Shown: piece after piece, positions 1-9,728 of the stretch
Layout of the letters: each line of letters begins with the position of its first letter
Position numbering within the stretch: position 1 is the first letter of the stretch
Assembly (NCBI GenBank): GCA_002376865.1
Contig: DFOU01000011.1
Coordinates: 16,969-80,968, forward strand
Length of the DNA: 64,000 nt
Reading direction: 5' to 3'
Source: Patescibacteria group bacterium UBA3533
GTDB lineage: Bacteria; Patescibacteriota; Minisyncoccia; Phycocordibacterales; Phycocordibacteraceae
Notes under the pieces: generated by a model
The model's database searches: none
What the model was told of the DNA's origin: nothing
Seen by the model: only the letters and a program-made list of their open reading frames with translations
Made by a program: the position numbers and the translations under genes

Positions 1-712
1 CTAGAGTTGAGATGTAGTTTGTGAGAGCATCAAACCATACGTACATAACTTGAGAGTCATCTCCAGGAACTGGCACACCCCATGAAAGTCGTTCCTTCTC
101 TCGAGAAATACTAAAGTCTTCAAGTCCATTTTTTACAAACTCAATTGCTTCCTTTCGCCTCCAATCAGGAATGATAGAGTCTTCCCTCTCTAGATACTTT
201 GGAAGTGCATCTTGGTAGTTACTAAACCTAAAGAAGTAATTCTCCTCTTCAATTTCAACTGGGTCCATTGTTGGATGGTTTGGACACTTCCCATCTACAA
301 GCTCACTCTCCTTTAGAAAAGCTTCATCCCCTACACAGTACAATCCCTTGTACTTCTTTTTATAAATATCTCCCTTTGCCTCGCACCTTTTCCAAATTTC
401 CTGTGCTGCTTTTATATGATTTTCATCTGTTGTTCTGATGAATGCATCGTTTGAAAGATTGAGAGCTTCCTTCAGTTTTTTAAACTGCTCAGCAAAATGA
501 TCTACATACTCTTGTACATCTTTTCCTTCTTCTTCTGCTTTCTGAAGAATCTTTTGTCCGTGCTCGTCTGTTCCTGTACTAAAAAAGACGTCATTTCCTT
601 GTAGTCGCCAGTGACGGGCCAAAAGATCTGCTTGGAGAATTTCAAGTGCAAAACCAACATGCGGATCCGCATTTACGTATGGAAGCGTAGTTGTTATGTA
701 CTTATTTGTCAT
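1..712 (-). CDS. metG: Methionine--tRNA ligase (N-terminal part; runs off window)
   Basis: Manual translation MTNKYITTTLPYVNADPHVG...GTDEHGQK...FIRTTD...SISR...WGVPVP...YVWFDAL; not in ORF track. Confidence 0.95.
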   Translation of the reverse strand, partial: MTNKYITTTLPYVNADPHVGFALEILQADLLARHWRLQGNDVFFSTGTDEHGQKILQKAEEEGKDVQEYVDHFAEQFKKLKEALNLSNDAFIRTTDENHIKAAQEIWKRCEAKGDIYKKKYKGLYCVGDEAFLKESELVDGKCPNHPTMDPVEIEEENYFFRFSNYQDALPKYLEREDSIIPDWRRKEAIEFVKNGLEDFSISREKERLSWGVPVPGDDSQVMYVWFDALTNYISTL

Positions 713-795
713 TCCCTTGAGGGTATCACAGGTTCTCGTCTTGCTCTACAAATAAAAATGGGGTACTTTCATGGAGGAAATTAGGGAGGTTCCTT

Positions 796-1071
796 ATGGG
801 GCAGGAGTGCAATCATACACCCGGTGTGGTGGATGAAGCTTATTGTAAACAGATTTCAAGTGTGCCAGCACGTGCTGAGAGATGTGCTGAATGCACATGC
901 AAGTGGCGCGTGACCGGAACAAAGCCGGCAGATCCAGAAGACGGACTTCCTGTTACAAGCAGGCGGTTTGAGAAAATGGGGACTCTCGCGCTCCAAGGTC
1001 ATTCTTCAAGCAACAGCTCCTTTGGTGCTGGAGGAGGCACACAACAGTCAGCGCGTATTGGAAGCCGTTGA
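796..1071 (+). CDS. Small Cys-rich hypothetical protein
   Basis: GGGAGG SD, TTGCTC-17-TACTTT promoter, downstream hairpin; CxxCxC motif. Confidence 0.5.
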   Translation: MGQECNHTPGVVDEAYCKQISSVPARAERCAECTCKWRVTGTKPADPEDGLPVTSRRFEKMGTLALQGHSSSNSSFGAGGGTQQSARIGSR

Positions 1072-1072
1072 C

Positions 1073-1106
1073 AAAAAGGCCGTCGAGCATTCTCGACGGC
1101 CTTTCT
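1073..1106. terminator. Bidirectional intrinsic terminator
   Basis: AAAGGCCGTCGAG-catt-CTCGACGGCCTTT between convergent genes. Confidence 0.8.
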
Positions 1107-1107
1107 C

Positions 1108-2154
1108 TTATGCTGCTTCTCGCTTTTGCTGGAAATCGTGCACAAGCTCCTGGATACCAGCTGCTATAGGCACAGCAAGAATTACACCAATAACTCCAGC
1201 TAACTGTCCTCCTGCAATAATGGCAAGGATCACAAGAAGTGGTGGCACTCCAATCACCTTCTTAACTACAAGTGGGTAGATAAGATTTCCCTGGAATTGA
1301 TTTACTACCAAGAAGAGTCCCGCAACAATAAAGGCAAGTGTTGCTCCTCCATCTACAAGCGCAACCATAACTCCTGGAATTGCAGCGATAATAGATCCAA
1401 ATACCGGGATAAGCTCCAAGACTGCAGCAAAAACTGCGAGCAAGAGAGCGTACGGCACACCAAGGATCATAAGTCCAAGGTATACAAGGATTCCAATAAT
1501 GAAAGAGAGCATGAGCTGTCCTTGCATCCATAGTCCAATCTTTCGCTGAGACCTTCTCCATAGATCGATTACATAATCCTGATGCTTTGTTGGCGTAACA
1601 ATCCGTAGGAAATCATCAATTCCTTGCTCTCGTACTGCAAAGTAGAATGAGAGAACAATAGTAAGGAATAGTGAGAAGATACCTCCAAAGATTGTTGCCA
1701 GAAGCCGTACGATTCCCTCCCCAGTATCTGAGAATGACTCCTGCAGAGAAAGCAGTGAATCGAGAATAGTTGTTTTAGCTGATGTTGTTTCAGCTCCAAG
1801 GATTCCTGCATTTCCAATTGAAGTTGGAAGCTCCACCGTCTCAAGGTATTGAGGAAGAAGCGCTAGGAATGATTGTGCCTCGTCGAGTACTGGTGGGATA
1901 AAGTAATAGATACCTACAAAAATACTTCCAAATACCAGCAGGTACATGATGATTACAGAGAGTACGCGGTGCAATCGCAAATGCTTTTTGAAAAACTCTA
2001 CTCCTGGCTCAATGGCAGACGCCAAAACAATGGCTGTAAGTACCAAAAGAAGCAGTTCTCGTAGTACAAAAATCGCATATGCTCCAATAAGCACTAGTAG
2101 AATTTTGATAACGCTCCCTGCTGTTATTGAGATATTGATTGGTCCCTTTGTCAT
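1108..2154 (-). CDS. AI-2E (UPF0118/PerM) family transporter
   Basis: Multi-TM; ELIPVFG, NLIYPLVV and GVILAVP motifs. Confidence 0.9.
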   Translation of the reverse strand: MTKGPINISITAGSVIKILLVLIGAYAIFVLRELLLLVLTAIVLASAIEPGVEFFKKHLRLHRVLSVIIMYLLVFGSIFVGIYYFIPPVLDEAQSFLALLPQYLETVELPTSIGNAGILGAETTSAKTTILDSLLSLQESFSDTGEGIVRLLATIFGGIFSLFLTIVLSFYFAVREQGIDDFLRIVTPTKHQDYVIDLWRRSQRKIGLWMQGQLMLSFIIGILVYLGLMILGVPYALLLAVFAAVLELIPVFGSIIAAIPGVMVALVDGGATLAFIVAGLFLVVNQFQGNLIYPLVVKKVIGVPPLLVILAIIAGGQLAGVIGVILAVPIAAGIQELVHDFQQKREAA

Positions 2155-2166
2155 AGGGCTATCTTA

Positions 2167-3537
2167 TCACGATAGTTTTGAAATCAGATCCTCGATCTTC
2201 ACACGTTCCTGTTCTGCAGTGTCTCGGTTACGTACTGTAACGTCATTTCCTTCAAGAGAGTCAAAATCAACGGTCACACAATATGGCGTTCCAATCTCAT
2301 CTTGCCTTCTGTATCGCTTTCCAATGTTTCCATTGTCATCAAACATTACATTTCCAAACTCTTTCTTTAAAGCTGTAAATACTTCCCTTGCCTTCTCTAC
2401 AAGCTCAGGCTTGTTCTTAAGAAGTGGAAATACAGCAACAGTAACTGGAGCAAGATGCCTTGGTAGAGCTAGAACAGTTCTAATATTCCCATCAACCTCA
2501 TCTTCTACGTAGTTATCAAGCAATGTAAACAACATTGCACGACCAAGACCACCTGATGTTTCAATAATATGAGGAGTTATTTTATTTCCTTCCCCATCTA
2601 TATATTGCATTGATGTACCAGAATACTCTTGATGCCGACGAAGATCCCAATCTCCTCGATGGTGTATCCCCCAAGCTTCTTTCCACCCAAATGGAGTTTT
2701 ATATTCAATATCCCAAGCTTCTTTTGCATAATGTGCCATTTCATCTTTCTCATGCTGCCTGAAGCGAAGATTTTCTTCTTTTATTCCCAGACCTTTATAC
2801 CATTCCATACTAAAGGCTTTCCAAAATTCATACCAACGCTCACCCTCTTCTTTAGTTGGCGCGATGTAATACTGAAGCTCCATTTGCTCAAACTCTCGCA
2901 CACGAAATAAAAACTGACCTGGAACAATTTCATTTCGAAAAGCTTTTCCTATTTGACCTATACCAAAGGGAAGCTTTGGACGCATTGAGTCTAAAACATT
3001 CTTAAAATTAACTTGTACTCCCTGCGTAATCTCTCCACGAAGGTATGCCTTATCTTTTGAACCATCTACAGCACCAAGGTACGTCTCCATAAGGAGGTTA
3101 AATACTTTTGGCTTTCCTAGTGCGTTCCCATCAGGACTTTTGAGTTCAAGCTCGTCAATTTTCTCCCCCATTTCTTCAATACTCATATTGAACGTTTCAA
3201 CTCCTGCATCCTCAAGAACATGGTCTGCACGATATCGTTTCTTTGTTTCTACATCCTCTACAAGTGGATCAGTAAAAGATTCTGTATGACCAGAGGCTTC
3301 CCACACCTTCTCTGGCATAAGAATTGAAGCTGAAATTTTGTACATTTCCTCTCGATCTTCTACAAACTTTTTTGTCCAATACTTTTTTATATTCTCATTT
3401 AAAATAGACCCAAGTGGACCAAGATCCCATACACCAGAGAGACCTCCATAGATTTCAGAACCTTGAAAAACAAACCCTCGACGCTTTGCGAGAGAAATAA
3501 GCTTTTCCATTTTGTTTTCTACTTCGTGATTTGCCAT
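2167..3537 (-). CDS. glyQS: Glycine--tRNA ligase, homodimeric class II type
   Basis: KRRGFVF..SEIYGG, FRNEI, FRVREFEQME, IGKRYRRQDEIGTPYC. Confidence 0.97.
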   Translation of the reverse strand: MANHEVENKMEKLISLAKRRGFVFQGSEIYGGLSGVWDLGPLGSILNENIKKYWTKKFVEDREEMYKISASILMPEKVWEASGHTESFTDPLVEDVETKKRYRADHVLEDAGVETFNMSIEEMGEKIDELELKSPDGNALGKPKVFNLLMETYLGAVDGSKDKAYLRGEITQGVQVNFKNVLDSMRPKLPFGIGQIGKAFRNEIVPGQFLFRVREFEQMELQYYIAPTKEEGERWYEFWKAFSMEWYKGLGIKEENLRFRQHEKDEMAHYAKEAWDIEYKTPFGWKEAWGIHHRGDWDLRRHQEYSGTSMQYIDGEGNKITPHIIETSGGLGRAMLFTLLDNYVEDEVDGNIRTVLALPRHLAPVTVAVFPLLKNKPELVEKAREVFTALKKEFGNVMFDDNGNIGKRYRRQDEIGTPYCVTVDFDSLEGNDVTVRNRDTAEQERVKIEDLISKLS

Positions 3538-3538
3538 A

Positions 3539-5416
3539 TTAGTTACTTACTACTCCTTGTGCTCCAGTATATGACGGATCGTCTGTAATTGCAGTAGTTT
3601 TGGCTCCTCCTATGGTTTGTACGGTTGTTTGTGTGAAGCGGTCAAATCCTTCAAAGATTTGCTGCCCAACAACTTGGATTACATCTCCTGCTTGAGAAGA
3701 TTGCGGTGTAATACCAACCTGGAGTGCAACAGTCTTTGAAGAGTGCGCTGGAATCTCTCCAATATTCCACGATACTTCCCCTGTTCTCTCATCGTGAGTG
3801 ATAGCAGCTGAAAGTGGTGTCTGTGCTCCAGTAAATGTCGCATACGATGGCAATACAAATCGCACAGCAGAGTTTGCAATAGTATTTGTTGTATTTCCTG
3901 CAATCAATGTGAGCGTGTACGTGCTTAACTCCCCTGCCTTTGGTGGCCATGGTCCAATATTTGTAAATGGTCCTGTTGTTCTTGTGAGAGACGTAGCGAG
4001 AGATAGTGCTGACGCAACAGAGATATCACGCTCTACTTTATTCGTTACAGTAGAAGGAGCTCCGCTTCCAACTTCACGCCCTGAGACAGTTCCTACTATG
4101 TCGAGTGCTGGATTTCGAGCAGATCCAAGCTCGGCTGTTGTTTTTATAGGGAGCGTGAATGTTACGGTTCCACGCTCTTCTGGATCAAGTGTCGCAAGCT
4201 CTGAGTTTGTTTCCTTATTAAAGGTAATTGTTTTTGTTCCTGCATTATAGAATCCTCTTCCCGCTGAGATACGCGTTTCATCAAATGCATTTCCTGAGAA
4301 AGTAATAGTGATTTCTGCATCAAAGATCTGACTATCGAGATTATTTTTCCACGTAAGGCGCCCTGTTAGATCATCACCTGCATCCACGGTAAGAGATTCG
4401 CTTGCGTCCCCATCGAGAGACATTGAGACTGCAAGCTGACTATCTACGAGTGCAACTTTTACATCTTGCTCCATATAGATGAGTCCTAGGCTGTTTCCTC
4501 CAGGAGATAGATCAGTTCCAATATATGCATTAATAAATCTCTCATCTCCAGAGTTTCCTACAATGTCTCCTGTTATCGTTACTGTCTCTTTCTCTCCTGG
4601 CTTAAGGGTTCCAAGGTCCCACACATTATTTCCAATGTCTGCTGTTGGATTAGCATCGCGCACCGAATATCCAAATGGATACTCCAGAAGGAGCACTGCA
4701 TTGGGTACTGACTCTTCGGAATTTGTCTGCACCGTTATTGTTGTACTAAAACTCTCACCAGGAGCTACCTCCTCTGGTGCTGAGAGTGTTACGGCAAGCG
4801 GCGCACTCGTTATGATCACAGGATAGACCTCCTCCTTTACTACAATAGCGTTTGAGCTCTCTGGTCTAAATTCAATACGAAGTTTAATTTCCTTTTCCTC
4901 TCCCTCAGTTCCAAACAAGACTCCCTCAAAAGCTAACTCTTTCTTTTCTCCTGGCTTTAGAGGACCAAGTGAGAGAGTTTTGTATTGTAATTCGCGACTT
5001 ACATCGAGTGCATCACGTGTTCCTGTTGGGAATGTAACGGTAAGTTCCGCAAATGGAAGATTCACTGGGTTGGTGTTCTTTACCGTTGCTTGAATCAACA
5101 CACTCTCCCCCGATGCAATTGCTGGAGGGATCTCTACATTAAATTCAATGTTTTTAGGAGATACGGTTCGTCCTCCCTGCAGTACGAAAAATGCAGCAAT
5201 GATTATTGCGAGAGCAAAAAATCCTGCAGATCCCAGAAGGAACCATGTGGCATAGGGCTTGTGTGGTTTTTCTTCTTTTTGAACAGGAGGAGTCCATGCT
5301 TCTTGCTCAGTTGCTTCAGGTACTGTTGTTTTAACTTTTGGAGAAAATCCCCGCCTTGAGGCGGTTTTCTTATATAAATCAGTTCGTAGAGAGTCTAATT
5401 TACCCTTCTCACTCAT
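3539..5416 (-). CDS. Membrane-anchored protein with repeated Ig-like/DUF11-type domains
   Basis: One TM helix followed by beta-rich repeats (WDLGTLKPGE, WNIGEIPA); start refined to MSEKGK after TGGTATAGT. Confidence 0.75.
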   Translation of the reverse strand: MSEKGKLDSLRTDLYKKTASRRGFSPKVKTTVPEATEQEAWTPPVQKEEKPHKPYATWFLLGSAGFFALAIIIAAFFVLQGGRTVSPKNIEFNVEIPPAIASGESVLIQATVKNTNPVNLPFAELTVTFPTGTRDALDVSRELQYKTLSLGPLKPGEKKELAFEGVLFGTEGEEKEIKLRIEFRPESSNAIVVKEEVYPVIITSAPLAVTLSAPEEVAPGESFSTTITVQTNSEESVPNAVLLLEYPFGYSVRDANPTADIGNNVWDLGTLKPGEKETVTITGDIVGNSGDERFINAYIGTDLSPGGNSLGLIYMEQDVKVALVDSQLAVSMSLDGDASESLTVDAGDDLTGRLTWKNNLDSQIFDAEITITFSGNAFDETRISAGRGFYNAGTKTITFNKETNSELATLDPEERGTVTFTLPIKTTAELGSARNPALDIVGTVSGREVGSGAPSTVTNKVERDISVASALSLATSLTRTTGPFTNIGPWPPKAGELSTYTLTLIAGNTTNTIANSAVRFVLPSYATFTGAQTPLSAAITHDERTGEVSWNIGEIPAHSSKTVALQVGITPQSSQAGDVIQVVGQQIFEGFDRFTQTTVQTIGGAKTTAITDDPSYTGAQGVVSN

Positions 5417-5482
5417 GTAGGAAACTATACCATTACTTAAGTATTTGTTGACAATAATTTTTAAATACAGCACCATCATTTT

Positions 5483-5615
5483 AGATCTGTGTACCTTGGC
5501 AGTGAAAGAGACTTGCAGTGTATGTATTTGGTCGAAAACCAAATATTATACGAGGCACGAACGGCCTCCATGCTCTCTGGCCACGAACGGCCGCACACAA
5601 GGTGGAGTACAACAA
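5483..5615 (+). promoter_or_regulatory. Putative structured 5' leader RNA
   Basis: Three hairpins plus a closing stem ACCTTG/CAAGGT covering the SD; TTGACA-17-CACCAT promoter upstream. Confidence 0.5.
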
Positions 5616-6242
5616 ATGTCCGAACTCTATATTCCTGACATGTTACGTGAGGATATCATTCCCGACTCTCTTTTCAGACAATGGGAAAAGAAGCATCACG
5701 ATGGCATCACAAGAGACCTTATTCGTGAGCATTTGGACCAAAAAAACTGGGCCGCCCTCCTTCAGATGGGGACAGTCTTCTTCCTTCTTATCATTTTTCC
5801 TGCAATGTGTTTTCTAGTAGTAGTCGCCTGGGCAGAAGAACCAGAAGGGTTCATCTTGAAATGGAGCATGACTAGCGCTACTGTCACCACCCTTTTCTTT
5901 GGCATTCTTTGCTTACGTTATGGGGGCAGACACTCGAGAAAAGCAGGCGAATGCCTTGAGCGCTTTGCATCATTTTATGATGCGCTAAATAATACAGCTG
6001 ATGCGTTTGCAATGCCTTATTCAGAGCTGCATTTACTCATTCCAAATGGGAGAAGTCTTCTTGTGGAAGACGCAGGAAAAATCTTGAGATTGCAGAAAAA
6101 AGAAGAACGTTTCAAAGTAAAACTCTCTTCAAAAGAACGAGTTGATCTTGAAAATAGTTTCCGCGGTAAGTTTGATGCATTAAAAGCATTCGGGGTTGTG
6201 TCAGGTGGATATGGCCCAATCTTTGCTGATGCTCAGAAATAA
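5616..6242 (+). CDS. Hypothetical two-TM membrane protein
   Basis: GGAG SD before ATG 5616; two hydrophobic helices; terminator at 6248-6275. Confidence 0.65.
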   Translation: MSELYIPDMLREDIIPDSLFRQWEKKHHDGITRDLIREHLDQKNWAALLQMGTVFFLLIIFPAMCFLVVVAWAEEPEGFILKWSMTSATVTTLFFGILCLRYGGRHSRKAGECLERFASFYDALNNTADAFAMPYSELHLLIPNGRSLLVEDAGKILRLQKKEERFKVKLSSKERVDLENSFRGKFDALKAFGVVSGGYGPIFADAQK

Positions 6243-6319
6243 CTACAGCCCGACCACATTTGTGGTCGGGCTTTTCTTATTTCTCTAATTCTTCCTCAAG
6301 TATAAAGAGAGTAAGTTTT

Positions 6320-6496
6320 TTATGGCTTCCAATCTCGTATTACAAAACTCTTTCCTTTACGCTCTACTATTACCTTCTGGCCATCTCTCCAGCGAAGCGC
6401 ACGGACATCATCTATGGGGAGTGTTATAGAAATACTCCCTCCTCCGTTTTTGTTTAATTTACGTACGTTATAGTCTTCTTGTTTTTTACGTCCCAT
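6320..6496 (-). CDS. AbrB/MazE/SpoVT-family DNA-binding protein (58 aa)
   Basis: Manual translation MGRKKQEDYNVRKLNKNGGGSISITLPIDDVRALRWRDGQKVIVERKGKSFVIRDWKP; TGCTACACT-6nt-ATG; below ORF-track cutoff. Confidence 0.85.
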   Translation of the reverse strand: MGRKKQEDYNVRKLNKNGGGSISITLPIDDVRALRWRDGQKVIVERKGKSFVIRDWKP

Positions 6497-6600
6497 ATTT
6501 TTAGTGTAGCAGAGAAATTCGGGAGTTATTCGGGAGTGTTTACAATATTTTAATTCTTCTAAAGAAAAGAGTCCTTGGTGTTATCAAGGACTCTATAAAG

Positions 6601-6849
6601 TCAGTTGTTATTGAGAACGGTTCGCATAACCCAGAAGAGTACGCCCGCAATAATTACAATCAAATGCGCATTATGCGCAGCGAAATCCATGATTGCATCC
6701 CAATCACCATCAAAAAGAAAGTAACCGATGATTATGAACCCCGGCAGTGAGACGACATGCACTATCCTCTGGGCAATCAAGTACGGGTCAATCTTTGCTT
6801 TCCTTTTTTTGGCAGGAGGCGACGCTCTTGAACGAATCAATAAAAGCAT
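6601..6849 (-). CDS. Small two-TM hypothetical protein
   Basis: Follows YbjQ-like gene; terminator at 6568-6594. Confidence 0.55.
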   Translation of the reverse strand: MLLLIRSRASPPAKKRKAKIDPYLIAQRIVHVVSLPGFIIIGYFLFDGDWDAIMDFAAHNAHLIVIIAGVLFWVMRTVLNNN

Positions 6850-6858
6850 TTTCGCCCC

Positions 6859-7257
6859 CTAGCTCGTCGCTGTAGCGATCGGCATTTGCCGGAAATCTCC
6901 GGTTCTCTTGAGTGCATTTGCAACACACGTCACTTCAACAACTTGTGTTGCGTCCTTGAGAATCCATTCTTGCACAAGAACAAGATCAGCCCCAAGGGCC
7001 TTTGCCTCTGCCTCAACTTCGGCAAGAGCTTCCTTCCGGGCTAGGCGTGCAGTTTCAGAAACTGAGCGCACATGACCTTTCTCGAACAGGTTTCGAATAG
7101 AGCGGCCTAAACCACTCGTTCCCATACTGATTGCGGCTACGCCGACAACCACCTGAAGGGGTTCGTACCCTGCAGCAAGCAGAGCATAAAGTTCTGGACC
7201 GGTAAGCTCAGCGCTTTTTGTAGCACCGAGCTTGGACTCATGTTCTTCCTCTGACAA
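6859..7257 (-). CDS. YbjQ/heavy-metal-binding family protein
   Basis: AR..AL..VEAEAKALGADLV motif; AAGGAG SD, TTG start. Confidence 0.75.
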   Translation of the reverse strand: MSEEEHESKLGATKSAELTGPELYALLAAGYEPLQVVVGVAAISMGTSGLGRSIRNLFEKGHVRSVSETARLARKEALAEVEAEAKALGADLVLVQEWILKDATQVVEVTCVANALKRTGDFRQMPIATATS

Positions 7258-7396
7258 AACACCTATCTCCTTTAGTTGCGTCTGACAAGAAAGTACAATA
7301 AATAACTAGACTGGTCAATCTTTCGTCTTAATTGACAAAACATAATCTTTATTGCACCTTACCTTTTAGAATCCAGATACAGAAAGGAAGCTTGAG

Positions 7397-8059
7397 ATGT
7401 CCGGTTCTCAAACACCAGAGATACTTGAGACGCTATCAGCACTTGTTGATCTAGGAGACCATCTCCTAATCAACTTTAGTACCGGGGAAATATGTGGTGC
7501 CGAGCTGAATGTAAAACACAGACCTTCAGTTGAACAATTCATACCTACCATCGTCAAAGACCTGCTTGATCAGGTGTTAAAAGCAGGTATCGAATTTGAC
7601 GCTGTGGTTGGAATTCCGACCGGAGGATGTGCATGGGCGAATGAATTTGCCAGGCAGGTGCTTGCTGAGAAGGCGGGAGTTTACCAACACCAGCTTTGCA
7701 AAGGAGACAACAGTTGGGAATTTTTAATTCTTAATCCGGCAAATATTCAAGAGGGGACAAGATTTATAGTTGTTGATGATGTCATCTACAATGGCCAGGC
7801 ATCAAGACTTGTCACCAACCTACTTGAAGCTGCTGGGTGTGAGGTTGTCTGTTTTGCCTTCCCTGTCGCCGTCAGCAATACCGGAGTTGAATTTTGGGAA
7901 CATTTTGACATTCCAGCATTTGTGACTTATGACGGCGCTTTCATAAAAAACTACCTCAAGAAGTACTGCAACGAGGAAGGGGTTCCTGAAGAATCGGTAC
8001 GAGGTGGTTGGCGCAAGAAATCCCAGCAGCGGCTCGCGCACGTAGCTGGAAGCGGCTAA
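7397..8059 (+). CDS. Type I phosphoribosyltransferase (orotate-PRT-like, divergent)
   Basis: DAVVGIPTGG and PRPP loop VVDDVIYNGQAS. Confidence 0.7.
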   Translation: MSGSQTPEILETLSALVDLGDHLLINFSTGEICGAELNVKHRPSVEQFIPTIVKDLLDQVLKAGIEFDAVVGIPTGGCAWANEFARQVLAEKAGVYQHQLCKGDNSWEFLILNPANIQEGTRFIVVDDVIYNGQASRLVTNLLEAAGCEVVCFAFPVAVSNTGVEFWEHFDIPAFVTYDGAFIKNYLKKYCNEEGVPEESVRGGWRKKSQQRLAHVAGSG

Positions 8060-8094
8060 ATAAATTAGGGAAAGTTCCCTTACCTGCCGGCGGA

Positions 8095-8874
8095 TTAGTT
8101 TCCGCCGGCTTTTTTTATTCCTTTGTCTGCTGTCTGCCAAATGTTATTACACGCTGCACTTCTCTCGTATCCTGCTTCTAGCGCCTCTTCTTCAGTACAG
8201 AAATACTGCTCTCCTTTTCTTGGGTCTATCTTTACCCGCTTATAGTTAGGGCATCCTGGGAGGAAATAGTCTTTGGTATAACTCTTAGTTATATTTCCTT
8301 TAATTACACACTCCTTGGAGAAAGGATCGGCATCTTGCTCCCCCACCCTTGTTTCTTCTTGTATAGGGCAGCTATTCCAGAGTCCTACGTTATCTTCTTT
8401 TGCTTCTCGCTCATCTGCTTGCAGTTGACTTAAGTATGTTCTATTTGGTTGTACGTATACTTCTTTTGCATACCCCTTCTCTACCAGCATGCTGTTTACA
8501 AATAGATTGTCCTTCTCTGGGTCTTCTTCGTGTATGAAAACGTAGCGCAATAGCCTATCAAAGCTATCTTGTGCGGTTTGGTCCTTCTGCAAGAGTATTT
8601 CCTTTCCAAGGAGTGTCTTGGTTAGGTATTCCTTTGCTTCTTTCCCGTAGCAGGAGTTTAGCTCTGGTGCATCAATGTTTAAGAGTCTGATGCGGATGTT
8701 GTTTTCGATGATTATAGTGTCACCATCTACTACCTCTTCTACAAGGTGTGGTCTTTGTTCAAAGTTTGCACCATATACCTCATATGTTTTGTATACCTCG
8801 TACCCTCCGTATCCTCCTGCGGCTGCTACAAAGGCAAGTACTGCCATGATTACCTTGTGCGGGAGGGGTTTCAT
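8095..8874 (-). CDS. Thermonuclease (SNase) family protein with N-terminal anchor and C-terminal Cys domain
   Basis: VVDGDTI, IRLLNIDAPE, DRLLRYV; C-terminal CVIKGNI...PGCPNY...FCTEEEA. Confidence 0.92.
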   Translation of the reverse strand: MKPLPHKVIMAVLAFVAAAGGYGGYEVYKTYEVYGANFEQRPHLVEEVVDGDTIIIENNIRIRLLNIDAPELNSCYGKEAKEYLTKTLLGKEILLQKDQTAQDSFDRLLRYVFIHEEDPEKDNLFVNSMLVEKGYAKEVYVQPNRTYLSQLQADEREAKEDNVGLWNSCPIQEETRVGEQDADPFSKECVIKGNITKSYTKDYFLPGCPNYKRVKIDPRKGEQYFCTEEEALEAGYERSAACNNIWQTADKGIKKAGGN

Positions 8875-8898
8875 TAGATTTAGTGTAGCAGGGTTTTG

Positions 8899-9444
8899 CT
8901 ATTTAAAAGATACTGGAGTGAGTTTTGTTTTTTTAAAATCTTTATCTGCAGTAATAATTTTTTTTAATCCATCGTTTTCCATAACTGAAAGATGGAATGC
9001 ATCTCCTGGAGCAAGTCCATAATTTTTTATTCCTTCCAAGGCCCTTGGAAGATGCAGATGATCTAATTTAGAAAAACTAATATAGCCACCGCTTTGTAGT
9101 GAGTTTACTGTGACATCAATATTTCCACTGATTGCTTTATAAGAAAAGTTTATTTTGTTAAAAACTAACTTGAGAGTAATTCCAGAAAAACTTAATTTTT
9201 CTAAAATGGTATTTATTTTCCTAATTCCTGGCCTATTCCCCCTAATTCTATTTTGAACTTTTCTGACAACACCCAGAAGTTCATAGATACAAAGCATTGA
9301 GGTTTTCATATTGCACTCGTTGACCAAAAGCCATACAAGCATTTTCTGAGCCTTTACATGATCAGGGTGTTCTGGTATAGAAATTCCGGCAAGAAAATTT
9401 GCATCTAGAAAAACACTCTCTTTTTGTGCAATTTTTACTGCCAT
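8899..9444 (-). CDS. PIN-domain (VapC-like) ribonuclease
   Basis: VFLDANFL, YEL, GDAFHL, IITADKDF acidic tetrad. Confidence 0.88.
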   Translation of the reverse strand: MAVKIAQKESVFLDANFLAGISIPEHPDHVKAQKMLVWLLVNECNMKTSMLCIYELLGVVRKVQNRIRGNRPGIRKINTILEKLSFSGITLKLVFNKINFSYKAISGNIDVTVNSLQSGGYISFSKLDHLHLPRALEGIKNYGLAPGDAFHLSVMENDGLKKIITADKDFKKTKLTPVSFK

Positions 9445-9725
9445 TAAATTTTCCCATCAAAATGATGTGGTTTTGCGCCAGCCAAGCTTACTGTGCCAAC
9501 AACATTACTTAAAAAATGTTTCTGTTTTTCATTAAGCTGCTTAAACAACTGATCTCCAACATTTTTCTTAATTAAATTAAGCCTTCTTTCACTTTCTTGG
9601 TCAAAGATTTCAAAAAATAAAGGGGTTGCACCTGAGCTTGTGGAGTAACGTGACGATGAGATAAAAAGCTCACTTGGAACTGAAGCGTAAATATTTGCGT
9701 CATCTAAAGGGAAGTATGGAATCAT
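9444..9725 (-). CDS. Hypothetical protein (possible antitoxin)
   Basis: Stop overlaps PIN start (TAATG); AT-rich. Confidence 0.6.
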   Translation of the reverse strand: MIPYFPLDDANIYASVPSELFISSSRYSTSSGATPLFFEIFDQESERRLNLIKKNVGDQLFKQLNEKQKHFLSNVVGTVSLAGAKPHHFDGKI

Positions 9726-9728
9726 AAA

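Noticed and set aside
5552-5592. Canonical guanidine-II riboswitch call
   Set aside because: Loops are not G-ACGR-C tetraloops and the downstream gene is not an SMR transporter; kept only as a variant hypothesis
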